This document shows positions 49,480 to 59,830 of a DNA stretch of 64,000 bases, piece by piece (positions within the stretch are counted from its first letter, which is position 1; every line of letters begins with the position of its first letter). The notes beneath the pieces are model-generated. The model searched no databases and was not told where the DNA came from. It saw only the letters and a program-made list of their open reading frames with translations. The stretch lies in contig NIVC01000882.1 in the NCBI GenBank assembly GCA_002269645.1, positions 62,001 to 126,000 of the forward strand. Direction: 5' to 3'. Origin of the DNA: Macrostomum lignano. Lineage: Eukaryota. A program made the position numbers and the translations under genes.

Positions 49480-49800
49480 GGATCTTCTGCTACCGTTGCC
49501 AAAAATGCTGAGCGAATGCGCGCCAGACTTCACGCCTTCGGGGACTGCTGGGAGCGGCTGGGAGCAGTAGCTGGTCGGCCTGAGCGTGGCTTGTCCTGCA
49601 CGCTCATTTCGCCGTCCTTTCTCTTCCGGACCCAGTTCGCGACGGTTGCTCGACAGCAGGCATCATCTCCAAAACGGCTGACTAATCTCTGGTGGATACT
49701 GTTCACGGACATGCCTTCGTCCGCAAAAGCAAAAACGATCAGGCGCTGCGAAACTTTATCGCCATATGCACTAGCCATTCTTAAACCATCTGAGGTTGGT
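49480..49800 (-). mobile_element. Mariner transposase N-terminal (HTH) fragment
   Basis: IHQRLVSRFGDDACCRATVANWVRKRKDGEMSVQDKPRSGRP. Confidence 0.8.
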
Positions 49801-50406
49801 TCTGCATCTCAGCATTTCAATCTGACGTTCATTCTGCGCACTCAGTCTAATGCTGCCTACTGCTTTGTTCTATCTTTTTTGTCTATGGCTAAACCCTCGC
49901 AGCTTGAAAGTAATGATTAATCAATACTCACCGAAAGCTTTTATTCCTCTAAAAACAAGCTGCGATTTCACAACCCCCCCGGGCCAGTTTAGAGTGAGGT
50001 CCAGATCCGATGCTGTTCAAAATCGTATTGCTAATTTCGTAGGTTCGTCAGTAAATGATCGATTGCTTTCGTTCTGTCTATACGACCAAGCTGAAACTCT
50101 AGCACTGAATTCATCAAAATATAGACCCATGTTTGTATAAATTCTCATCAAAATCGGTCAAACAGATGCAGAGATATGAGGGGTGTCTAAGAACTTTTTG
50201 AATGCACTAAGGTATTTAATGATGCAATAAAATAAGAGTCAACTGATGTAAAATAATTCATAAATTTAACTTAATTTTACTGGAATTTTACTGACAGAAA
50301 AACAAACTTTTGTCCCGGGATTCGGAACGTTAAATCCCTTGATCACCAATCCTAGGATTGCGATTCCTAGTTTAATTCAATCAATTCAAAAGTGGAACTG
50401 ATATCC

Positions 50407-51177
50407 TTATTTTGGAGCCATAAAGTTGACTAATTTAGAAAGAATTGAAAAAATATTGTCACCGCTGTTCCGCCTCGCTTCCTCCAACAATTTTTGGATG
50501 TCGTTTTCGAGTTTTACCATCGCCCTGTGAGCCTCTTCATTCGACTGTCGCAAGTTTTTCACCTTTTCTCTGAGAGTTGCTACATCACTACGCAGCTGCA
50601 AATGGTCCACTTCATTCGACTGTCGCAAGTTATTCACCTTTTCTCTGAGAGTTGCTACATCACTACGCAGCTGCAAATGGTCCACTTCATTCGACTGTCG
50701 CAAGTTATTCACCTTTTCTCTGAGAGTTGCTACATCACTACGCAGCTGCAAATGGTCCACTTCCTTCGACTGTCGCAAGTTATTCACCTTTTCTCTGAGA
50801 GTTGCTACATCACTACGCAGCTGCAAATGGTCCACTTCCTTCGACTGTCGCAAGTTATTCACCTTTTCTCTGAGAGTTGCTACATCACTACGCAGCTGCA
50901 AATGGTCCACTTCATTCGACTGTCGCAAGTTATTCACCTTTTCTCTGAGAGTTGCTACATCACTACGCAGCTGCAAATGGTCCACTTCCTTCGACTGTCG
51001 CAAGTTATTCACCTTTTCTCTGAGAGTTGCTAAATCACTACGCAGCTGGTCCACTTCATTTGACTGTCGCAAGTTTTCCACCTCTTGTCTGAGAGTTGCT
51101 ACATCACTAAGCAGCTGCAAATAGTCCATAGCAACCATTCCCACTATGCCGCATAGTATGAAACCCAGATACTGCAT
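50407..51177 (-). CDS. Orphan protein, 256 aa: hydrophobic N-terminus, eight about 25-aa coiled-coil repeats, RR site and amphipathic tail (paralog of 58228-58503)
   Basis: Open ORF with a 75-bp coding repeat. Strong acceptor (ttctctaccatttcag, exon starts 51194) and a conserved upstream donor at 55192/55191; homologous to the second copy. Confidence 0.65.
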   Translation of the reverse strand: MQYLGFILCGIVGMVAMDYLQLLSDVATLRQEVENLRQSNEVDQLRSDLATLREKVNNLRQSKEVDHLQLRSDVATLREKVNNLRQSNEVDHLQLRSDVATLREKVNNLRQSKEVDHLQLRSDVATLREKVNNLRQSKEVDHLQLRSDVATLREKVNNLRQSNEVDHLQLRSDVATLREKVNNLRQSNEVDHLQLRSDVATLREKVKNLRQSNEEAHRAMVKLENDIQKLLEEARRNSGDNIFSILSKLVNFMAPK

Positions 51178-51865
51178 TGCTCACTGTTCAGAGTCTGAAA
51201 TGGTAGAGAAAAGTGCTGTAGTGGTTTAGCTCGAGATTACGCACTCGAGTTTATTCATATTATTGTTAAGCAATGCGCCCAGTTTCAGTTAAAAAAAAAG
51301 TAAGTTATAGACCGCTCCAGTATATTTATATGTACTTGGCTGACAACAACAACAACAAAACAACAAAATACGCGGCCCTTCGAGCAAAAGGTCACAGTTA
51401 GAGCAGGGCGTGTCAGATGGCGCGCCGCAGAGCCTGGGAGCGAACAAAGTCCGCTCCGTTGGCAGTGTCGGGCGCCCCAGCGTCGCACAGCAGGCAGTCC
51501 ACGTATCGACGGGTTCGACTTGGCTGAACTAATCGTTAGTCACTACGAGCTACGACATCCACGACACATAGAGCTGTGCACGTAACATATAATGTTGTCA
51601 TCTAGAAAAAAGTACTTTTTATTTTGCAAGCCCATTCTCTTCTGCCAATCTCCGGCTCCAGCCAGCCTTCTGTCAGTCTCTCTGTCGCTCTCTGTTCCAC
51701 ATCCTGCAATCAGCTTTTTCATTCATTCTTCTGACAGCCAAGGACCTTGCGGCGATAAAACTCTAAGAGTTAGATAAAAGTTTGTTAGAACTCTGTTTTC
51801 ATTTCTGGCTAGGCGCAACTGAATTGCTATACTCGTAAGGATATTGTTTAGACATTTACATACTC

Positions 51866-53170
51866 TATTGTCATTAATTTTTGCGGGCTTAAGCGTCCCT
51901 TTTCCGGGCGTCAATGTGGCAATTCGTGCCTTGAATTGTCTATGGTATTTTTTATTTCAGTAATAGAGCGAAATAGAACAACAGTGTGAAACAGAGGCAA
52001 ACAAATAACAGCAGAAGTTAATGTTAATGTTAATCTCTGGGCGACTGAGACAGAAGAAGCGATGCAGTCCGGCTCTAATGCAGATGAGACTTGCTGGAGC
52101 ATAGTACCGCTCGTCCTTTGTTCGCAGTGTCGAATAGAAGAAACGCAAATAATTAGCCAGAATCGACTTTGGAATTCGCAGCAGATCCGTTGACAGTTTC
52201 ATTTCTTCCAGAAAAGTCTTGAAGCGGCTCACATTGTCCTCCATCTGCCGGGCGGAGGAGTCCGGTATTCCATCTCGTTCAAGCTGATTTAACTCTTGCA
52301 TCACATCTGCCGGGCGGAGGAGTCCGGTATTCCATCTCGTTCAAGCTGATTTAACTCTTGCATCACGTCCTCCGGAATGTCGAGAATCTCTTCTGATTCT
52401 AACTTGCGCGCAAATTCTTCGCTCAGTTCCTCCAAATACCGGCTGTTCGACTCGGATGATACCCACGCCAGCTCTTCGGTCGACATACCGGAAACCATTT
52501 CTCCCGGCAGATTGGAATAATTAATTAAATGGTTGATCATTTTCAGAACTCAAGCACAGCTTAGTCCTGACAGATTTGAAAAAATATACATTTAGCATTT
52601 TTCTAGCTCCTTCAGTTTTACTGTCCATCTCTAGACCTGGACCATCAAGACTTCGTCTATGGCCCAGAGCTCGCAAATCAAAAGAAAGAATGGCCATAGA
52701 CATTTCAACTGCATTCTACGTAATAACACAGAGCCCGGAATTTTCGACATTGATGCCCGGAAATCTCTTGCATTAATGACAATAATATAAACATTACTTT
52801 TTGCGGGGTAATGCGCCCTCACAAAATTCTACATTGTCGGCTGATTTTCCATGCAAGAATGGCATTCTTGCACTCTTTTGCGTGCAGGAATGGATGTCTA
52901 TGGTAAAATCTCACTGAAAAAGCATTAGGCGCAGAAATGCATTCCTGCACGGTTTTGTGCATTCCTGCACGATGAATCATCCGACAATGGAATTCCTTCA
53001 CGTTCACTCGTGCGTGAAGGACATCGTGCACTCGTGCGCTAGCGCGCACTCGTGCAGGAATGGATGTCTATGGTAAAATCTGCACGATAGCGCGCACTCG
53101 TGCAGATGTCATTCCCGCACTCGTGACCGTGCAGGAATCTATCATTGATGCCCGCAAAAAGTAATATTAA
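51866..53170 (-). mobile_element. Crypton-like (tyrosine recombinase/DUF3504-type) element fragment with short inverted motifs
   Basis: ILANYLRFFYSTLRTKDERYYAPASLICIRAGLHRFF resembles the Crypton/DUF3504 L..FY...R.KDG..Y...SL..IRA motif. Inverted ATTA(A/C)TTTTTGCGGG motifs near 51875, 52793 and 53150; repeated CACTCGTGC. Confidence 0.55.
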
Positions 53171-53771
53171 TGTTATATAGACATTTTTGTGCATATTTCT
53201 GCCATCTTGGTCTCAGATTGCTTGAAAGAAGCCTCACTTAGCTCGCAAAACCTACCTTCGCAAAGTGACGCTATTAGCTCGTATACTCTCAATATTACTC
53301 TCAATAACTCAATATTATCAAAGAAGTTCACTTACTCGGGTTACGCCTTGCTTACTCGCAGTTTTTGTACTTGTAAATTGTAATTATACTGTACTTTAGT
53401 CACGGATGATGCTTTTGTAATATAGTCTAGCACTGTAGCTTTGGCAACCGTTAACAGCAATATGCAGCTGTTCTAAACGAAAAACGAAAATCCTAGGCCA
53501 CTCACTTTTTATGTACGAAACGGGATTTATTTTTAGCCTGTGCTCTGCGGTCACTTGATTGGTACACGGGCCTGCTCAACCAAACTGCTCACCCAGAAAA
53601 GCTATAGCCTATATTATACATGCGCATTACAGGCACGTACTAGCGGGGTAGAGAAGACTCATCCCCCCAGTAGACAGGCAAAAATGATGACGCGCCCCTG
53701 ATTCTGTTTCCCAATTTGGAAGTTCCCCAATTTTCGCTTTCGACTGCCATCGCAACAGAGGTACATGCATG

Positions 53772-55043
53772 CAGTGGCGTAGCTAGGATTTTGAAATGGG
53801 GGGATAACTGGAAGGGAAAAACTTGCAATCAAATAAAATAGTTTTTTGTGATTTTTGCTTTACATTTGCATTTAAAAAGTACCAGCAGTATTAATATTAA
53901 TAGGCTAAAAAACCTTTTAATTTGTTAAAATCAGAATAAAAGACATCAGACATCGGGATCGAGATTCGCGGGATTCGCAGAAACATCGTTTAAAACATTT
54001 TAATAATAATTTACTAGTGAAAAACATTTTTATTGCATTTTTTGGTATATTTTTCTAAATCTGAAGCCGCTTTATTTTGATTTTTTTCAAAAAACCTCAC
54101 TTTCCTTTCCTATTGCTATCTGGGTGGATGCTTGCTATCTTGGTGGATGCTTGCTATCTGGTGCATGCTTCTACAATATTTGGGGGGGGGTGCTTGCTAT
54201 CTGCAGATGCTTGCTATCTAGGTGGATGCTTCAACAATATCTGGGGGATGCTTGCTATCTGCAGATGCTTGCTATCTAGGTGGATGCTTCAACAATATCT
54301 GGGGGATGCTTGCTATCTGCAGATGCTTGCTATCTGCAGATGCTTGCTATCTGGGTGGATGCTTGCTATCTGGGTGGATGCTTGCTATCTGGGTGGATGC
54401 TTGCTATCTGGGTGGATGCTTGCTATCTGGGTGGATGCTTGCTATCTAGGTGGATGCTTCAACAATATCTGGGGGATGCTTGCTATCTGCAGATGCTTGC
54501 TATCTGGGTGGATGCTTGCTATCTGGGTGGATGCTTGCTATCTAGGTGGATGCTTCAACAATATCTGTGGGATGCTTGCTATCTGCAGATGCTTGCTATC
54601 TGCAGATGCTTGCTATCTGGGTGGATGCTTGCTACGAGTATTAGGGGATGCTTGCTATCTGCGGTTGCTTACTTTTGGAGGGGGATGCTTGCTATCTGAA
54701 GGGATGCTTGCTGTCTTAGGAATATTTTCTATTTAGGGGAATGTCTGTTATCTTTGTGAAAGCTATATTTAGTTGTCTGTTTGTTAATCTTAGAAAAAAG
54801 AGATTCATAGCAAATATCATTGTCCGTGACAATTTTACATGAAAAAGGTGATTTATAAAAGTGAATAAGGAATTAGTGTTTAAGAAAAAGTGCTTTTTTA
54901 ATTGTTTTCCATGAACTATTTTTGCTCCTTGCTTATTGGGCGCCCCGAAAAGGGGCCGCACTAGATTGCTAGTTTGTTTCCTATAAATCATTAAAATGGG
55001 ATGATACCCGGTATATATACGTATCCCCCCAGCTACGCTACTG
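53772..55043. mobile_element. Non-autonomous hAT-like element (TIR CAGT(G/A)GCGTAGCT) containing a 19-bp minisatellite
   Basis: CAGTGGCGTAGCTAGG at 53772 and AGCTACGCTACTG ending 55043; empty site present in the paralogous block near 60175-60195. Confidence 0.8.
54110..54715. repeat. 19-bp minisatellite (GATGCTTGCTATCTGGGTG variants)
   Basis: Direct periodicity. Confidence 0.92.
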
Positions 55044-55570
55044 TGTACATGCATGCGTGATGAAGCAAAGCAGAGCTGAAACTGTGTAATGAAATACAGA
55101 AGAATTTACGACTAAACGGAACTGCTCACAAAAGGTTTAAAAAATTGAAGTCACTTTTTCTATTCGCTATTGTCTGTTAGTACTTACTTACCTGACGCAT
55201 CCTGACCGCATGACTTTACTTTTATGGGCTGCGTCTTTTGTTCTTGTTATTCCGTTTAAAATACATGTACATTTATGTTCTCTCGGCTTTCTAATGCAAG
55301 CTGTAGACTTTTCGACTCCCGAACCCATCCCGAAGGTAAACGTCTTAGTCAACCGAGTCCAAGCAGTGAGTCTCAAAGCTATAAGGTTTGCTTTGCCTTA
55401 TGTAAAAAGCTTGATAAAAGATTCAATGAATTACAATTGCAATTAGTAAATAAACTAGCACAATAGGCCCCCATGGTGGGCATTCAAATTCAAAATTCAA
55501 ACATTGAAAGCACATTAATATACATCACTTTTTCGAATATTTGAACCACTTCCAATCGGTATAAATTTTA

Positions 55571-57463
55571 CAAGGGCTATCCCAAAAGTAAGTTTCGCTA
55601 TTTTATAAAATTTATTAATAGCTTAAACAAGAGGCACTGGCCATATACAAGCCTACAGTCTATATGGTAAAGAAGAATGACAAGTTTCAAAGTGCTATCA
55701 TGTTCACAAGCTGCAGAGCATCACTTTAATCAAATAAACTTTTGTAAATATGCCCTCGTCAGCTTCGTTCACTCGGTTTGACGTTTCGCAACAGTGCGCA
55801 AGTGGGTTCGTGAGGTCCAGGGACGGAAACTGTGCATTGAAGATGAAGAGCGCTCCTCTGGAAGGCCGAGAACAGCAACAACAGACACAAATTCCGAGCG
55901 TGTGAAGGATTAATGTGTTCCTTATTACCAGACTTTCTCTGTAATCAAGGAACAATCACTTCTAGCTACTTTGCTAGGCAACCAAGTTATCAAATGAAGG
56001 TACTGCTTACCTTGACTTCGTGTGAGATATCTCTTCTGTTGGTCTCGCAGTAGGTCTCGTGCAGATCTCGTGTAGAATCTCTCCTTGTCTTCCGGAAGAA
56101 TTAACAACTTGACTCTGTTGTTCTGGTCCTGTCTCTTCTGGTACTTCCGATGAAGTCGTTTCCGGCCGGTATCTGCAGTCAGGACCAATCAGAGGCCTCG
56201 TATCAACAATGGGATCCCTGCGCCGAACTGCGGTTTCACTTAAGCCTTCTCCTTCTAGCAGTGCCTCAATGCACTCTAGGTATTGCTCCGGTAATCACTG
56301 ATAGATCTTCTAAGAGCTATCAGGGTAGTCCTTCTGGAGACTACGACCAATAGAGTCACAAATGGACTCAAGAGTCTGAACAGACTCTAACACTATAACA
56401 ATAGTGAGTCGACTCAACAACTGGCGCAAATGACCAAGGTTACCGCAACAAATCGACCAAGTCTCGATTGACTTGGTGACTAGGAAGACTCTCTAAAGCT
56501 TCCTCTTCGGAGCGCTCCTCTTCCGTGGGGAGAAGGACTCCGGTACCGCTTTGGACTGCTTGTATTTATAGACGATTTTGCAGGCCAAAATAGTAAAATG
56601 ACTCTTGGGTTGCGCTAAAAAAAGTAACATTACTCATTGCGGCTATTATTAGTAACATGATTCATTCTGCTGCTATAAATAGTAACATGATTCATCGTTA
56701 AGGTTTAGGTGCGCATGTGTGCACTAGTCTACTTACAGTACCATTCTATGATTAACAATTTTACTTCTTTTTGTGGGAGGTAGAACACTCTACAGGATAT
56801 TCTGTCACTGAATCCTGGACATCTCCCACAGCACGGTGCGTTGCATCCCAACAGAAAACCTAGACATGCAGAAGATCTTCCCCAAGTGAAGATTCAAGAG
56901 TTCAATGAAGGTGATGCACATCATCTTCTTCGACGCCCATGGCATTCTGGAGGACTGGCCTGTGCCAGTCGGTACCAAGGTGAATGCGGAATATTACAAA
57001 TGAATTCTGCAAGAGAAACTGCAACCGGCGATCAGAAAGAATCGACCTGGCTTGCTGGAGAGAGGCGTCATCTCTCATCACGACAATGCGCCTGTGCACC
57101 GCGCCAGAAGAGTGGAAGAGCTTCATGGAGTCCTGGGACTGAGAAGTTCTTCTTCAGCCGCGCTATTCGCCTGACTTGGCTCCGGCAGACTTCTACATTT
57201 TCCCAAGGATGAAGAAGGGTCAACGTTTTGCCTCGGTGGAACAAATTAATAACAGTGCTTCATCAGCTCTCCGGCATCTGACCATTGGCGGTTGCAGCCC
57301 TGCCTTTGAGGCGTGGGTGCGCGGCTGGGAGAAGTGCGTTGACCTCAGCGGCAAATTTGTACAGTAACTATGAGTTCATTTTGCAGTTGCAAAGTTTTGT
57401 TGATTGTTGGGTCACTAGTTAGTCTTTTATAGCATAAGCGAAACTTACTTTTGGGATAGCCTT
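55571..57463 (+). mobile_element. Defective mariner element with an internal insertion
   Basis: TIR GGCTATCCCAAAAGTAAGTTTCGCT at both ends with TA at 55569-70. KVMHIIFFDAHG, HHDNAPVH, YSPDLAPADFYIFPRMK and WEKCVDLSGKFVQ* across stops and frameshifts. Confidence 0.9.
55701..56830 (-). mobile_element. Putative solo LTR inserted in the mariner
   Basis: On the minus strand it begins TGTGGGAG and ends TGAACA; TATAAATA at 56570-56563 and ATTAAA about 25 nt before the end. No TSD found. Confidence 0.45.
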
Positions 57464-58227
57464 AGATACCAATTTGCCAAATGAATCTGAATTAATTGGG
57501 TCCATCAGCTACTGCCCCCTCTGCAACTGCAAAATTGCTCCGCCCTCTGTTGTGAAAAAAAGAACACAAAACAAGATCAGAGCAATTTAGGGGGTCGATG
57601 AAAAAGGCTCCGTTTTGTCCTTCGTGTTGCTTTCCGAGACAACTAAAATCCAAAGACGGAACTTTAAGTTTTTAATAAATCTACCAGTAGATTCTATCTA
57701 CAGTTCTAAATTTCGTGTTTAGCTTTTCAATTTATTTTTATTTTGGCCAAATCACGCAGCAATATTTTTGTTTCGGAAACATCATATTGGTCTTGTTGAT
57801 TAAATGATGCATAATTCACAACTGTAAAGTATTAATTAATCAATAAAAATTATCTCGATCTACTACAGATCATGAGTTTACTCTCTCAAACAAAAAATAA
57901 CTAACAGAATACTACTAATAAAAAACTATGAACGGATCGAATTAATTCATCAAGTTTACAAAAGCGTTAGCAAAAATTCTGTGTGAGCGGGAGAATCCGA
58001 GCGATTTAATGTTTAAAGCGAAATTTATAGCGAAAATTTATACGGTTTGACGCCGTACGAGCTATAAAGTATGAATGATGCACCAATATGAAGAAACAAA
58101 TGATGTAAAAATACCAAATCCAGTTCAATTTTTCTTGATTTTTCGTGAAACTATAACAAAATTTTGTCCCGGGACTTCAAATAATTCCTTGATTTCCTAG
58201 TATCGGATTGCGATCCTTAATTCATAA

Positions 58228-58503
58228 TCAGCTCAAAAGTGGAACCCATTTTTTGATTTTCGACGCCACAGCATTGACTACTTTAAAAAGAAAGGGAAAG
58301 CCGTTCCAGCCGTTTCGCCTCGCTTCCTTCAACTCCAACAATTTGTTGTTTTGAAGTTTTATCATCGCCCTGTAAGCCTGTTCATTTGACTGTCGCAAGT
58401 TTTTCACCTCTTGTCTGAGAATTTCTATATCACTGCGCATGTGCAGATAGTCCATAGCAACCATTCCCACTATGACGCACAGTATGGAGCCCAGATATTG
58501 CAT
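58228..58503 (-). CDS. Orphan 91-aa protein: hydrophobic N-terminus, single coiled-coil unit, RR site and cationic amphipathic tail (paralog of 50407-51177)
   Basis: Intact ORF; conserved acceptor (exon starts 58520) and upstream donor at 60344/60343. Confidence 0.65.
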   Translation of the reverse strand: MQYLGSILCVIVGMVAMDYLHMRSDIEILRQEVKNLRQSNEQAYRAMIKLQNNKLLELKEARRNGWNGFPFLFKVVNAVASKIKKWVPLLS

Positions 58504-58680
58504 TGCTCACTATTCAGAGTCTGAAATGGTAGAGAAAAAGTGCAAGTGGTTTAAGCTAGAGATTACGCACTCGAGTTTATTCATATTGCTGAGTATTGCA
58601 GTTGCAGTTGAGAAGAAAGTGAGTAATAAACTGCTCCAGTAAATTGCATTGATATGTACTTGGCTGGACAGCCACGAAAT

Positions 58681-59830
58681 GGGTCACCGACTTTTCACTG
58701 CCACAGTTTAACTCCTGGACCTTTGACTGCCAGACTTTTGACTGCCGGCGACTTTTGACTGCCAGACTTTTGACTGCCGGACTTTTGACTGCCAGACTTT
58801 TGACTGCCGGACTTTTGACTGCCAGACTTTTGACTGCCAGACTTTTTGGCTGCCAGACTTTTGACTGCCAGACTTTTGACTGCCAGACTTTTGATTGCCG
58901 GAAATACCACATTATACTTGTTCTTATTTATGATTAGTTAGTACTTTTAATCAATAAGCGATCGATAAATGAATACGAATTCGCTAATTCAGTCATCATT
59001 AGTCGTAACTGTGAATTAGTCAATTAGTAATTATAAGTTAACAATAACAACAATCTTAGAAATAAGACTTGTTTATTATTGTTGAGATGCCCCAAAAACC
59101 TTTGGAATGGGGAAATTAAACCTACTAAATTCATATTCTCAGAATTATTCAGGGATTGAAATATCTTCTGCAGCCATTTCATGGGCTGACGTCTCATATA
59201 TTTACTCATTCACTATATTCACTCGCTATCACTACATGCTGTTTCTGTGCCTCCCTCGTAAAAAGATCTCCTTCCACCTATTCAAGAATCTCCTGCATCG
59301 CCCAAGTAAACTGTCCTCTGGCTCCGTTCTGTAGATTCTCCTCCCAGCCCAACTGTAAAATGAAAAGATGACTAGGCAGTCAAAAGTCTGGCAGTCAAAA
59401 GTCTGGCAGTCAAAATCGCTGGCAGTCAAAAGTCTGGCAGTTAAAATACCGGCAGTCAAAAGTCTGGCAGTCAAAAGTCTGGCAGTCAAAAGTCTGGCAG
59501 TCAAAAGTCTGGCAGTCAAAAGTCTGGCAGTCAAAAGTCCGGCAGTCAAAAGTCCGGCAGTCAAAAGTCCGGCAGTCAAAAGTCCGGCAGTCAAAAGTCC
59601 GGCAGTCAAAAGTATGGCAGTCAAAAGTATGGTAGTCAAAATCGCTGGCAGTCAAAAGTCTGGCAGTCAAAAGTCTGGCAGTCAAAAGTCTGGCAGTCAA
59701 AAGTCTGGCAGTCAAAAGTCCGGCAGTCAAAAGTCCAGAAGTCAAAAGTCCAGAAGTCATTGTGGCAGTCAAAATCGCCGGCAGTCAAAAGTCCAGAAGT
59801 CAAATTGTGGCAGTCAAAAGTCGGTGACCC
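58681..59830. mobile_element. Non-autonomous foldback-like element with arms of 15-bp units (CTTTTGACTGCCAGA) in inverted orientation
   Basis: Termini GGGTCACCGACTTTT(C/G)ACTGCCACA inverted at both ends; arms 58681-58900 and 59370-59830 around an about 470-bp non-coding spacer. Confidence 0.85.
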
